Positions 8,171-18,361 of a stretch of 31,616 nucleotides of DNA are shown here, one piece after another. The notes beneath the pieces are model-generated. The model searched no databases. It was given only the letters and a program-made list of their open reading frames with translations, and was not told the origin of the DNA. This DNA is from a virus (lineage: Duplodnaviria; Caudoviricetes): IMG/VR virus record IMGVR_UViG_3300021185_000008, positions 1 through 31,616 of that record. One strand, written 5' to 3'. Position 1 is the first letter of the stretch, and each line of letters starts with the position of its first letter. The position numbers were made by a program, and so were the translations under genes.

Positions 8171-9165
8171 TATTTTATAGGAACACAGTTAGGAACTCTT
8201 TTACCATTTTTATCTATTTTAAATCCAATCATTTCATATCCATCCCAACAAGGCTCTTTTAAAGAAGCTTCTAATAAATCCAGTTCCTTTAATTTAGAAC
8301 CTGACCACCTTAAACCGGCCTTGCCTCCCCATAATAAATAAGAGATCGTTCCGCAAGCTTCAGTATCACCTTCTTTATAATATTCGCCTGCTCTAGATAG
8401 ATAGCTAAACATTCTTTTAATAGTTTCCACTGTTATAGGTTCTTTTTTAGCTAATTGTTGCGCTCTTACTTTTCCAACCTGTGTCGCACATTTGTTTTTT
8501 ATTTTTTTATTTAGCTCTATACCTTTTTTAGCATTATTAGATACCGCATCAGGATAATCGGAATAGGATTCTAAATTTTGTTCCTCCAATATTTCTTTTA
8601 ATTCCTCTAATAAATACTCATCTTCTATCTCGGATAAATTATTAGGCTCATTTGGTCTTTCTAATTTATCAGCAAAATAACCTTCTATTGAAAAACCTTT
8701 TACTTCCCCTTCTTTAACCTGTTTCCAAACATCATCATTATTTACTTTCATAGAAACCATCCATGTACCAATTGGAACATTTAAATCATATGCTCTACTT
8801 TTATCTTGCTCGCTTTCTACAATCCAAGATTCTACCGCGGTTAATCCTTTTAAAGGTATTTGATGCTCCAATGTACTATTATTCTGGTTTCCTCTAATAA
8901 AAAATAATTCACTAGCTTTTCTTACGGTGTCTTTAGAAAAATAAATGTAATATTCCTGATCGCCATTGCGCCTATATATTGGTTTGTTAGGTATAAGCGC
9001 CGCTCCCATTAAAATACGTTTTTCTTTATCAACCTCAGCCAATTTAAATTCTTGATTTTTTAATGCAACAAAATCAGACTCAATAGCCGGATTTTCTACC
9101 ACACTAATTGCTTCTATTCCAGAAACTTCGTCATTTTCATCTATAAATAGTTCTACTATATCCAT
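8170..9165 (-). CDS. Prohead protease (XkdF-like serine peptidase) with C-terminal extra domains
   Basis: ISVVENPAIE, ALIPNKPIYR, TLEH, ESWIV, GTWMVSMKV, VKGFSIEG motifs. Start moved to MDIVEL (9165) because the track ATG overlaps the promoter box. Confidence 0.75.
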   Translation of the reverse strand: MDIVELFIDENDEVSGIEAISVVENPAIESDFVALKNQEFKLAEVDKEKRILMGAALIPNKPIYRRNGDQEYYIYFSKDTVRKASELFFIRGNQNNSTLEHQIPLKGLTAVESWIVESEQDKSRAYDLNVPIGTWMVSMKVNNDDVWKQVKEGEVKGFSIEGYFADKLERPNEPNNLSEIEDEYLLEELKEILEEQNLESYSDYPDAVSNNAKKGIELNKKIKNKCATQVGKVRAQQLAKKEPITVETIKRMFSYLSRAGEYYKEGDTEACGTISYLLWGGKAGLRWSGSKLKELDLLEASLKEPCWDGYEMIGFKIDKNGKRVPNCVPIK

Positions 9166-9170
9166 ATTCA

Positions 9171-9197
9171 TACAATAATTATTTTAGTTTTTTGTTA
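9171..9197 (-). promoter_or_regulatory. Putative late promoter TAACA-N16-ATTGTA
   Basis: Exact motif; ends 5 nt before the ATG at 9165. Confidence 0.75.
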
Positions 9198-10949
9198 CCC
9201 AATTGAAGCACCGTCTATTATATTTCTATCTAAGGATTGTGCTGTTGTTACTTCGTTAGAAACTACAAAAGCTTTAACAGGTTTCTGATCCCTATCCCCT
9301 ATAGCCTGAGCTAATTGATTTTCAGGGGATGCTCCTACTACATTAAAAGAAGGCGGTTGTGGAGTTGTTGATCCAACAGAGGTAGAACCACCTGAAACGG
9401 ATGGGCCTGTTGATTGTATCTTTTTAACATTTGCAATACCAGCCGCAACTGCTGCCCCAGCGGCTACTGCCCCTAATGCTGGTCCAACTATTGGAATACC
9501 AGCTAATGATGCATAAGCTGCTGTTGCTCCTTTGTATGTCTCTATGGTTGTTTGTGCTATTGCTGCTAATTTACCAGCTTTACTCTCTTCACCAAATATA
9601 GTAGCTAAATCAGCAAATGCATTGGAAGCTAAATCAAGTTTAGATTGTGCTGTTAATTCATCTATCTCCTGCTGCTGATTTGCATTTTCTTGTTGGAAGG
9701 CTAATAATTCATTATTTGCATCAGCGTATGCCTGTGTGCCTTGTTTATATAAATCTCTTTTCTTAGTTAATCTATCCGTTTCTATTCTAAATTCCTCCTC
9801 AGCAATAGCTTTGGATGCTAATAGTTGCTGATATTCACCTTGTATTCTGCTATTTATAAATTCCTGATTTGCAATCTGCCTTTCCGCTGTAGCGTCTATA
9901 TTAGATTGCTCCAGCTCTAAAGCTTCCCTTTTAAGAGCATTAGCATTAGAATCCTGCTCTGACATAAATCCAGTAATAGTGGCGTCGATTGCTTTTTGCT
10001 CATTTAATGCTTCTTGTAGAGCTATAGCATTTGCATCTGAATTATTTTTATCAAACTGTGCTTGTGCAGCATCTACAATCGCCTGCGCGTTCGCCTTCAT
10101 TAAACTTTGTTGCTCCAGTAAAACAACCTTTAGTTTGTCGTTAGCTTTTATTCTATCATTAATTGTATTAAACTCATTGTCCCTTAACTGCCTTTGCTGC
10201 TCTGCTTGTCTATCATAATCCTCTATTAGACCTTGGTTTAATGCGGCAGCTTTCTCTGATGCTTTATTTAATTCAACAATAGATGAAGCTGATTCTAAAG
10301 TGGATTTAGCGTATTCCAATATACCATCCGTAGCTTTGCTAACCGTATCCGCAACTTTTTCTAATGTGTTATCGACACCCGTAAAAACGTCTATAGATTC
10401 TATTGCTGCTTCTTTTATTTTTAATTGCGCTTCCACAAATTTACCTTCAAATAATAAAGATATAGCATCACCAACTAAGCCTAATGTTTCCCCTAACTGC
10501 ACGAATCTATTAATAAGGTTATCCCATATAGCATTACCAAAATCTATAATAGATTGCACAGGGTCATTAAATATGGATTTAAAATAACCTACTACGGTGC
10601 CTATATTAGCATCTAGAAAATTAAAGAAATCATTAAATGCTAAGCTTAATGTTTCAAAAGTAATGCTAAAGAAATCAGCTACTTTTTGGTTTTCCTCAAA
10701 CACTTGTTTCAATTGTGCAAAGGCTGCAACAGCTAATCCTATACCGGCAGCTTTTAATGCCCCACTAATTTTTCTAACACCTTTTGCTGCTAAATTTGAT
10801 GATCCCTCTATGTTTTTAATACTTTTAGCTAGGTCACCATTCGCTTTATTAAGTTCCTTCTGTAATTTATCATATTCTTTTTGGAACTCGTTTAAATTCG
10901 CAACCGCTTCTTTGTATTTTAATTCTATTTCCGCCTGTACCTTTTGCAT
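9195..10949 (-). CDS. Tape measure protein
   Basis: 584 aa, Ala/Gln/Glu-rich coiled coils with hydrophobic segments (ALKAAGIGLAVAAF; GIPIVGPALGAVAAGAAVAAGIANV). Confidence 0.75.
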   Translation of the reverse strand: MQKVQAEIELKYKEAVANLNEFQKEYDKLQKELNKANGDLAKSIKNIEGSSNLAAKGVRKISGALKAAGIGLAVAAFAQLKQVFEENQKVADFFSITFETLSLAFNDFFNFLDANIGTVVGYFKSIFNDPVQSIIDFGNAIWDNLINRFVQLGETLGLVGDAISLLFEGKFVEAQLKIKEAAIESIDVFTGVDNTLEKVADTVSKATDGILEYAKSTLESASSIVELNKASEKAAALNQGLIEDYDRQAEQQRQLRDNEFNTINDRIKANDKLKVVLLEQQSLMKANAQAIVDAAQAQFDKNNSDANAIALQEALNEQKAIDATITGFMSEQDSNANALKREALELEQSNIDATAERQIANQEFINSRIQGEYQQLLASKAIAEEEFRIETDRLTKKRDLYKQGTQAYADANNELLAFQQENANQQQEIDELTAQSKLDLASNAFADLATIFGEESKAGKLAAIAQTTIETYKGATAAYASLAGIPIVGPALGAVAAGAAVAAGIANVKKIQSTGPSVSGGSTSVGSTTPQPPSFNVVGASPENQLAQAIGDRDQKPVKAFVVSNEVTTAQSLDRNIIDGASIG

Positions 10950-11089
10950 TAATTAAAATTTTTGAATTGTTTATACGCTTCTTTTATAGATTCGGGATAT
11001 TTGTTTTTACCCAAAGCTATGTCTATATGTTTTCCCTTAATTTTTTCAGCTTTAGAAAACTCCAATAAGCTTATTATATTATCTATCAT
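10949..11089 (-). CDS. Small hypothetical protein (46 aa, not in ORF track)
   Basis: MIDNIISLLEFSKAEKIKGKHIDIALGKNKYPESIKEAYKQFKNFN; TAATG overlap with the tape measure gene. Confidence 0.65.
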   Translation of the reverse strand: MIDNIISLLEFSKAEKIKGKHIDIALGKNKYPESIKEAYKQFKNFN

Positions 11090-11098
11090 ATTTCTTAT

Positions 11099-14000
11099 TT
11101 AAGGGCAAATTGCTACTCTTACAACTTTACCTGTATACCTTTCTACTCTTACTGCCATATAATTTTCCGCATTATCATCTAAAATTTTAAAATCAAAATA
11201 GTTTATAAAATTCTGTGGAGCATAATAACCTGTAAATTCAGGGAACGAAAGTAAACCACCTCCATAAGTGGATTGATGTACGCTTGATCCACTATAGTCT
11301 ATTTTACCAGTTGTTCTAATAAAGTCTCCAACCTGTAAATCCCTTGAACCACCTGTGTGTTCAAAATACCAAATCGCAGTTATATCTTTAGTGAAGGTTA
11401 CTCCACAACTTAAAGCAGGTGGTATTCCTGTATCACTTCCGAAGCTGGTTTGCCAAACAAATGCATTACCTACAGGAGTAGCTGATTGGACTGTTTGTGT
11501 ACTTTGTATTTCAGTTATTGCATCCGCGGTAGGGAATAGAGAACTTGTATTTGTTCTACCATAAAATTTGTAAAATATAGTAGCAGGGTGGACTAAATTA
11601 TCTACGCCTATAGATGATGCTGGTGGTGTTACAAATTTATTCTGGCTATTGGTTATAAAAGGAACTGTAGTAACACCGCTAACGGCTTTTAAAGTATCTA
11701 TATCGTTACTTATTAAGTCAGATTCGTTTGTGGAATATACAAAACCATATTCATCAATCTGCGGTGTGGTTATTAATAAACCTAATTCAGATACAGCAGA
11801 TCTTAAATACACTTTATTCTCAGTATTTAAACTACTAATACCTATTTGTAATAAAGGGGGAGTAACATTAACCACCTCATCAGCATAAACTGGTGTAGGA
11901 TCATTTGCTGGGATGCTATTTGGTATTTCTGTAGTTATATCAGGAATATCAAAACCATCAGTAGCTCCATCTGAATCTGCTGTAAGATCAATGCTATCTA
12001 CAAAAATATTTGTTAGATCTACTGTTATTTGTTGTCCCGCTACTGTAATTAAGGTTTCGTACTTAAGTTCTTCAAATATATTAGTTAATTCTAATGTTGA
12101 TTTATTGGTAGAAAAATCTGTTACTATTTTATTAATCCTGTATATATCATCAAAAACTATAATCCTATCAGCTAAAGATAAATTATGCATCATCTCCATT
12201 GGTAAATATGCTTTAAAAGTAGATAAACGCTTTCTCACATCCATCATATCTTTTACATAACTCTTATAATAATTACTAAATAAAGTATTAGTTACAGGCT
12301 TTCTATTCCATTCGTCGAACTCTTGGTTGTAATTTAAACTTTGACCTTCAATACCCACAAAAACAGATGATTGACTATTTAAAGGTAATTTTACTGAATT
12401 AAGAATATTAATGGTTTGATCGTCTAAGCTTCTTACTTTAATATTGGATTGTATTCCATTGCCTGAGTAAAAAAGTAATGGTTTTGTTAAATAAGCAGTT
12501 TGACTTTCATTTACGGAATATCCATACTGTATACTGCTATTTTGGTTTATTGTGTTCCCGTTAGCATCCGTCGTAGTTTGTATAACTCCCGATGTAGTCT
12601 TGTATAATCTTTCAAACTTCATATGTTCAAAAGGTATCTCTACGTTGTAATTATTTCCATCGAACTTATCTCCATCTCTATAAGCTAGACTACCCCAATC
12701 TTTAGATGCTAATTCCCTATGGTTATTAGCTAAAAAAGTATCAGTTCCTTTGTACTTAAAATCTATCTCTTTAAAAGGTAGAACTGCATCAATAACACTT
12801 TCATTCTTATCTAAATGCTTAGTTATATCCCAAACATCTGTACTACTGCTATAAAAATCATCCAACGTCTGAACAACTATTTCCTTATTACTATTTACAT
12901 AAGCAGTCAAATTAAACATTTTAAATAACCCCGTAATAAAATCAATAACTTTCATCTCAGGAACAAGACTAGGTATATTAACCACTCTGTTTGTGCTTAG
13001 GGATGCTGATCCCCTATAAAGAATTTCATCTTTACCTGCATATAAACCTTTCTTGTTATTTATAACTCTAACATCTACTGAGTAAGAACTGGCGGAGTCG
13101 GTTTCAATATAAAAAGTGTAAGTACCGTTAGGTATTTCTATATTATCTGCTTTACTTGGTTCCCCGTTAATTGTGTTTCCTGAAAGATTTTCAAATTTCT
13201 TAAATTCTTCTCCATCTTTTTTTATAACCACATTATATGGTACATCTGTATCAGGATTAACAAATATCCTTAATTCTCTTGTAGCATCCTTTTCGTTAAA
13301 CTCATTTTTAAAACTACCCCCTTTAAAACCAGATATAACACTTGATCCCCCCTCTATTGGTGTAAATCCCGATACTAAATATTGTGCATCCTGATCTTGA
13401 AACAATTTACCTTCTTTATTGTGTAGCCACATATATAGATCATAAAACTGTGTATTTGATTGGCTAAAAAAATCCTTTTTAAATGTTATCTCGTCGTATT
13501 GTGCCTCTATGGCTTTTATTATAGCATATAGCCTTATTGCAGGTTTTAATTCATTGAGAGGCACTCCTACATTTGCAGAAGATCCTAAAGGATTTACATT
13601 TTTTATTGTATCTGTATTAGACTCACTTGTGTCAAATATTAGCCTAGATTCTGTTGTAATTAAAGGAAATATAAGCCCATCCCCTATTGTATCCCCGAAA
13701 AATTCTTTATCCAAACCATCAGTTAGATACGATTCTATATTTGCATCAGTGTAATCAAAATTGAAATAAGATAGGTTTACTAACCCACTTAACATATCCT
13801 CACCTAATACATCTTTTAGACCAACTGTATTTCCATAAAATGTTAGCTTATAGGTTTCAGGTTCATTATTCTTAAGCTGTACGCCTTCAAGTTTTATTTT
13901 ACCCTCCTTAAAAGGTTTGTAGTTTATAAATATAACTGCATCCTTCTTTTTTCTAGCATCAAATCCTAGTATATGGGGGTTGTGGAAATGTTTAAATAAT

Positions 14001-14161
14001 TTATTATTGATCTTAGATGCAGGAACATTAAAAGTCTTAGAAAAATCAGTAAAAATTTTAGATATATCCTTTATATCCTGTATGCTCTGAGTAAGACTAA
14101 ATGATTCGTCTTTGAACATTTCTACTTCCTGTCCTTCTATATAAAGTTGCAATTGAATCAT
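11099..14161 (-). CDS. Tail tip / baseplate hub protein with C-terminal accessory domains
   Basis: 1020 aa; DISKIFTDFSKTFNVPAS..NN..FKH N-terminus, PEMKVIDFITGLFKMFNL, YRINKI core, then beta-rich extension. Confidence 0.7.
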   Translation of the reverse strand: MIQLQLYIEGQEVEMFKDESFSLTQSIQDIKDISKIFTDFSKTFNVPASKINNKLFKHFHNPHILGFDARKKKDAVIFINYKPFKEGKIKLEGVQLKNNEPETYKLTFYGNTVGLKDVLGEDMLSGLVNLSYFNFDYTDANIESYLTDGLDKEFFGDTIGDGLIFPLITTESRLIFDTSESNTDTIKNVNPLGSSANVGVPLNELKPAIRLYAIIKAIEAQYDEITFKKDFFSQSNTQFYDLYMWLHNKEGKLFQDQDAQYLVSGFTPIEGGSSVISGFKGGSFKNEFNEKDATRELRIFVNPDTDVPYNVVIKKDGEEFKKFENLSGNTINGEPSKADNIEIPNGTYTFYIETDSASSYSVDVRVINNKKGLYAGKDEILYRGSASLSTNRVVNIPSLVPEMKVIDFITGLFKMFNLTAYVNSNKEIVVQTLDDFYSSSTDVWDITKHLDKNESVIDAVLPFKEIDFKYKGTDTFLANNHRELASKDWGSLAYRDGDKFDGNNYNVEIPFEHMKFERLYKTTSGVIQTTTDANGNTINQNSSIQYGYSVNESQTAYLTKPLLFYSGNGIQSNIKVRSLDDQTINILNSVKLPLNSQSSVFVGIEGQSLNYNQEFDEWNRKPVTNTLFSNYYKSYVKDMMDVRKRLSTFKAYLPMEMMHNLSLADRIIVFDDIYRINKIVTDFSTNKSTLELTNIFEELKYETLITVAGQQITVDLTNIFVDSIDLTADSDGATDGFDIPDITTEIPNSIPANDPTPVYADEVVNVTPPLLQIGISSLNTENKVYLRSAVSELGLLITTPQIDEYGFVYSTNESDLISNDIDTLKAVSGVTTVPFITNSQNKFVTPPASSIGVDNLVHPATIFYKFYGRTNTSSLFPTADAITEIQSTQTVQSATPVGNAFVWQTSFGSDTGIPPALSCGVTFTKDITAIWYFEHTGGSRDLQVGDFIRTTGKIDYSGSSVHQSTYGGGLLSFPEFTGYYAPQNFINYFDFKILDDNAENYMAVRVERYTGKVVRVAICP

Positions 14162-15147
14162 TAGCGTACGTTATTTATCTTGTCAAATGCAAAATCAAAT
14201 TCTACAGTATAATTTATTAGCTTATCATTTAGAACTGTTTTAAAATCTAATACCTTAGATTGTGGTAATATGGGTAGAGTTTTATTTTCATACCTTATCC
14301 AAATATTTTCGCTTAAAAACAATTCTTCTACAGTTTTATTCATATCCTCCTTTATAAAACCAGTATTAAGTGTTAAGGAAGTGTTGCCATTAACATTGTA
14401 AAGATCCCTCTGACCTTCGTATGTTTTATATGTTGATGTAGAATTTGTGATTGTATTTTTTTTATACAACTCACTAGTTACTTGCATAGTTTCTTTAGCT
14501 TTTTTAAACATATAGATATCCTCAAACGCTCCATACTTATTTAAGAAAGTAATTTTATAAGGCGTAAACTTTTGCTCACATACGTTGGTTACTTTTACTG
14601 TTTTTAATAAAGTGGTATCGTCTGTATCATAAACTCTAATAGTGCTACTGTTAGCCGGTATGTCTACATATTGTATTTTTTGATTTGTGTTACCATTATC
14701 GGTTATCTGTGTATCAGTAGAGTCAATAGTAACTTTACCTACACCTTCCGCAAATATCGGAAATTTACCAGCTGTTGATTCCGGTAAATATATATTGTCC
14801 GCACTTATTAAAGCGTGTCTTTGCAATTCAGGATTTGTTCCATCCTCAAAAAAACCATAACCATCTAAAGCAATAAATTGAAATATTTGGGGATTGTTAT
14901 AGGTAAAAGGCTGATCGGAATTATCAAAATAAGTTACATCTGCCTCCACCCACCTTGCATTACTATTATAATCATCGTTAAAAGAAACCGTTAAATAATC
15001 CCTTATTAACTCACCGATCTCTAAAGTTATATTAGAATGGGTATCTATTCTACTTTTATTAATCTGATACTGTGGGGTGTCAGGTTTGTTTGTTTGTAAT
15101 ATCCCTTCGTAAATATAAAGGGAAAGTTCTATTCTTTTTAATGCCAT
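14161..15147 (-). CDS. Putative distal tail / minor tail protein
   Basis: 328 aa, ITFLNKYGAFE...LNTGFI...EELFLSE...DKLINYT..F; coupled to the tail tip gene. Confidence 0.6.
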   Translation of the reverse strand: MALKRIELSLYIYEGILQTNKPDTPQYQINKSRIDTHSNITLEIGELIRDYLTVSFNDDYNSNARWVEADVTYFDNSDQPFTYNNPQIFQFIALDGYGFFEDGTNPELQRHALISADNIYLPESTAGKFPIFAEGVGKVTIDSTDTQITDNGNTNQKIQYVDIPANSSTIRVYDTDDTTLLKTVKVTNVCEQKFTPYKITFLNKYGAFEDIYMFKKAKETMQVTSELYKKNTITNSTSTYKTYEGQRDLYNVNGNTSLTLNTGFIKEDMNKTVEELFLSENIWIRYENKTLPILPQSKVLDFKTVLNDKLINYTVEFDFAFDKINNVR

Positions 15148-15150
15148 AAT

Positions 15151-16626
15151 TTATAATATTATTGATCCCGTTCCTGTACCACCTGTTCTACAAGTATGAA
15201 TTTCTAGCGATAAAACTATTCCAGTAGTATCTATTTGGATTAAATAAAAATCACCAACTCCTACACCAATACCTGACGCAGTAGAGCCAGCTGATACGCC
15301 ATAATATAATCCACGACCATTATAAGCAGTACCATTTTTACAAATCTTACTTCCCATTAATCCTGTAATTGAAGTAGCTGTAGAATTTATTAAAACGGAT
15401 GCTGCATAAGTAGTATCGCAAAAATCACCAGGGGACTGTTTACCTGTACTTATATAAAATTCATTTGTACCACAATCACCTACACTAGCAGGCTGTACTA
15501 TGGTTCTTGAACAAGCACTAGGTAAATTGCTTCCTGCATTATTATATCCACTTGGTATTTGTATCGTAAAATCTACAGTTCTAGTTGTATCCGCATCAAC
15601 AGGATCAAAACCAATAGGGGTAAAGCTAACAATGGTACCTTCAGCAACAGATCCTTTGTTTATTGATCCGTTCTTATTTATAGATTGACCTATTAATCCT
15701 GCTCTAGTACAGCTAAAATCTTCTAAAACATTTTGTGCGGGTTGTGAAAATGTTTTATCACAAGTAATTGTTGCTGCTGCATTAGGATACCCGGAAGGTA
15801 CTGTAATGCTAAATGTTAATGTAACATCTCTAGCACTTCCCGTTGTATTTGCTGTTGTAGATGGTGAACTTCCTGTTATTATTCCTGTTGTTGTTGGATC
15901 AGTCAATGTTCCATCCGAAGCTATAGATCCACCTGTTAAAGGGGAAGTATCACAATCGTAATTAGGTGCTCCTGCAGGTAAGCTAATTGTAACAGATATT
16001 GGCTGTACTGCTTCACAAGTTGTGGGATAACTGGCATCCCTACCTATTGCATAAATAGTAACTGATCCTCCTAATGTATTCGAACTAATAATTAAATTAG
16101 ATCCTGATATGCTTGTAGTAACTAAAGTTGGATTAGAATTACTTACAGCATATGTTGTTTCGTTGTTAAAATAGGTACTAAGATCAATTGTTGTAGAATT
16201 ACCACCTGTATCTAAAGCTACTGCAGATATTGATCCAGAAGTAGTAGGACCACCAGTACAAACAGTAGGCTCTACTACACTAGAGGAAGTACCGGGCTGT
16301 ATAGCTGTTAATTCACAGTCTTTATAAACACTATCCGTATTACTAAATCCAGCGGGTATTCTTGTTCTTGCTGTTATTGTTCTTACTGTATCGGTAGTTA
16401 CTGTAGCATATTTATCATTAGCAAAACCTGAATCAGTACTTGTTAAAGATTCAAAATTACCAAACGCTGGGTTTGGGCTTGTTATTATACCTTGATTATC
16501 TACAGCAAAACCACTATTGTCAAGCCCATTAGGAAAAGCAGTGGTGCAAGTAAACTCTGGAACTGGAACAGTTGGAGCCGTTAAGTTTAAATAAAAGGGG
16601 CTTCGTACGTTTATTTTTGTGCTCAT
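15151..16626 (-). CDS. Thr/Ser/Gly-rich virion protein with three Cys-bracketed repeats and an Ig-like segment
   Basis: Three ~80 aa repeats (F/Y-x-C...G-x-I/L...R-T/D-V/I...I/V-P-x-G-F/Y-x-N...C...QP) and a TIDLSTYFN...TYAVSNSN Ig/cadherin-like stretch. Confidence 0.6.
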   Translation of the reverse strand: MSTKINVRSPFYLNLTAPTVPVPEFTCTTAFPNGLDNSGFAVDNQGIITSPNPAFGNFESLTSTDSGFANDKYATVTTDTVRTITARTRIPAGFSNTDSVYKDCELTAIQPGTSSSVVEPTVCTGGPTTSGSISAVALDTGGNSTTIDLSTYFNNETTYAVSNSNPTLVTTSISGSNLIISSNTLGGSVTIYAIGRDASYPTTCEAVQPISVTISLPAGAPNYDCDTSPLTGGSIASDGTLTDPTTTGIITGSSPSTTANTTGSARDVTLTFSITVPSGYPNAAATITCDKTFSQPAQNVLEDFSCTRAGLIGQSINKNGSINKGSVAEGTIVSFTPIGFDPVDADTTRTVDFTIQIPSGYNNAGSNLPSACSRTIVQPASVGDCGTNEFYISTGKQSPGDFCDTTYAASVLINSTATSITGLMGSKICKNGTAYNGRGLYYGVSAGSTASGIGVGVGDFYLIQIDTTGIVLSLEIHTCRTGGTGTGSIIL

Positions 16627-17168
16627 GTTTTATCTTGTTTTAATGTATATTCAAAAAAGCTTTCCACATCTAAGCCATAAGCTTTTTCCAGCTCAGCAGG
16701 TAATTTAGCGTACGCTTGTTCAAATGGTTTAGTAAAAAATAAACTAGGTTTAATTCCTTTATTCCATATCGACCTTGAAATTAGATAAGCTGTAGATTGG
16801 TATGATAAAAATTTACCAGTCTTTTTATTTCTAAACTGAAACCTTTTTGACTCCACCCATTTTCTAATCCCATTACTTAACCCACCTTTTTTACCTTTCC
16901 CTGATCCAAATTTTGCTAAAGTTCCATATCTGCCTATTTCAGGGTAAGTTGATGTTTTTCCTTTTACACCTCTATCTTGGTAATACCCATAATCCTCCAT
17001 TTCAAATTCAACAAAGATACTATTAGGCATTTCTTTTACGTTACCTTTTAAGCTATTATAAAGGTCACTTGTGTTGTTTTTGCCTTGCTTGGTAAGTCTA
17101 CTTCTGGATTGCTGTATTACAAATCTCTTAAAAGCTTCTAATGCTTTTTCTGTTTCTTTTAATCGCAT
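16623..17168 (-). CDS. Putative neck / tail-completion protein
   Basis: Basic protein, LYNSL...YGYYQDRGVKG...SIWNKGIKPSLFFTKPF; start reassigned to MRLKETE. Confidence 0.55.
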   Translation of the reverse strand: MRLKETEKALEAFKRFVIQQSRSRLTKQGKNNTSDLYNSLKGNVKEMPNSIFVEFEMEDYGYYQDRGVKGKTSTYPEIGRYGTLAKFGSGKGKKGGLSNGIRKWVESKRFQFRNKKTGKFLSYQSTAYLISRSIWNKGIKPSLFFTKPFEQAYAKLPAELEKAYGLDVESFFEYTLKQDKT

Positions 17169-17617
17169 ATAGTCATATCGTTTTGTACTAATACATCTAA
17201 TGTTGCCACCCATCCAGCTAACTTATTTTCAAATCTATCTACAAATGGTTCACAAGAAACTTCCCCTTCCACCTGATATAAATTGCTATAGAGATCACCT
17301 CTTTGTAATTTATTTACTATTCTAGTAATTAAAGCTATCTGTGTGTTAAAAACATCCTGCTCATTATCATTCCCTGTAAATATATCTGTAGTTTGTTTTT
17401 TAGAGATATCAACTATATCCATTGCTAGAATGCTTATGTTATACCTTAGTGTTTTAGTACCTACACTCGTGCTATTAACTATTATATGTGCTAAAGGGAA
17501 TATGCTTTGCTTACTAAGATCAATATCATCTAAAGAACCAAATGTAACTGTATTAACAAATGGCTCATCTATTAAAGATGACTTTAGTTGCTCCGTTAAA
17601 TTATAGAATCCTTTCAT
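17159..17617 (-). CDS. Putative tail terminator protein
   Basis: 152 aa, VNTVTFG...FPLAHI...EPFVDRFENKLAGW; call rests on size and position. Confidence 0.55.
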   Translation of the reverse strand: MKGFYNLTEQLKSSLIDEPFVNTVTFGSLDDIDLSKQSIFPLAHIIVNSTSVGTKTLRYNISILAMDIVDISKKQTTDIFTGNDNEQDVFNTQIALITRIVNKLQRGDLYSNLYQVEGEVSCEPFVDRFENKLAGWVATLDVLVQNDMTICD

Positions 17618-17878
17618 TTCTTTTTAATTAGCATTTTTTCTAATTCACTTTTTTCTTTTTCAAATGACAAATACATAAGACACTCATTCACATTCATTTT
17701 GGTTATTTCATTGAATTTGGTAATATCTCCCTTACTAAGTCCATAGATTGATTGATACCAAGACCATTTTTCTCCAAAATTTCTTTCTGCTGAGTAGTCA
17801 AGTTGTTCTCCGTTTCCTTCTCTAAATAATTCAGGGTAGCTGTCAATAGTTCGCTGCTTAAATTGTAAAAAAAAAAAA
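17614..17878 (-). CDS. -1 frameshift extension of the tail assembly chaperone (GT-like C-terminus)
   Basis: Open -1 frame from the T12 run: FLQFKQRTIDSYPELF...FGEKWSWYQSIYGLSKGDITKFNEITKMNVNECLMYLSFEKEK...KKK*. Its stop overlaps the next ATG (ATGA). Confidence 0.65.
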
Positions 17879-18356
17879 TGGAACCAAATACAACATCTAA
17901 AGGCATATGTTTCAGAACGTCAGAATACTTTGTACCGTCATAATCTTCTATATTATATAAATCCCCTCTGCTATTTTTTATTGGTCTATACAAAACGCTC
18001 ATTGCTTTATGCATATTATCCCAATCACCAAAATATGTATCCAGATCTATATATTCCCCTAATGTCATATTATCTAAATCAGGTATAAAACCAAAATCGG
18101 TATCACCTAATTTAAATCTATCTATTAGCTTAGTCTTCTTACTAAAAACATGATTGAGTTTCTGTGTTATAGTTTGAACGCTTGAATATTTAATTTTAGC
18201 AATATCTTTTAAATCTAAGTTGCAGAAGATCTCTATCATCTTTTGCATTAAAAAACTACTACCTTCGTTTTCTTTTGTGTTTAGTTTAATAAATCTTTGG
18301 TATTGATCCAAATTTATTTCATCTAAGGATTCTGGAACTAATATCTCTATATTCAT
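17703..18356 (-). CDS. Putative tail assembly chaperone (G-like, 217 aa)
   Basis: Start reassigned to MNIEILVP; FGFIPDLDNMTLGEYIDLD, AMSVLYRP; contains the T12 slippery tract. Confidence 0.6.
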   Translation of the reverse strand: MNIEILVPESLDEINLDQYQRFIKLNTKENEGSSFLMQKMIEIFCNLDLKDIAKIKYSSVQTITQKLNHVFSKKTKLIDRFKLGDTDFGFIPDLDNMTLGEYIDLDTYFGDWDNMHKAMSVLYRPIKNSRGDLYNIEDYDGTKYSDVLKHMPLDVVFGSIFFFYNLSSELLTATLNYLEKETENNLTTQQKEILEKNGLGINQSMDLVREILPNSMK

Positions 18357-18361
18357 ATATC

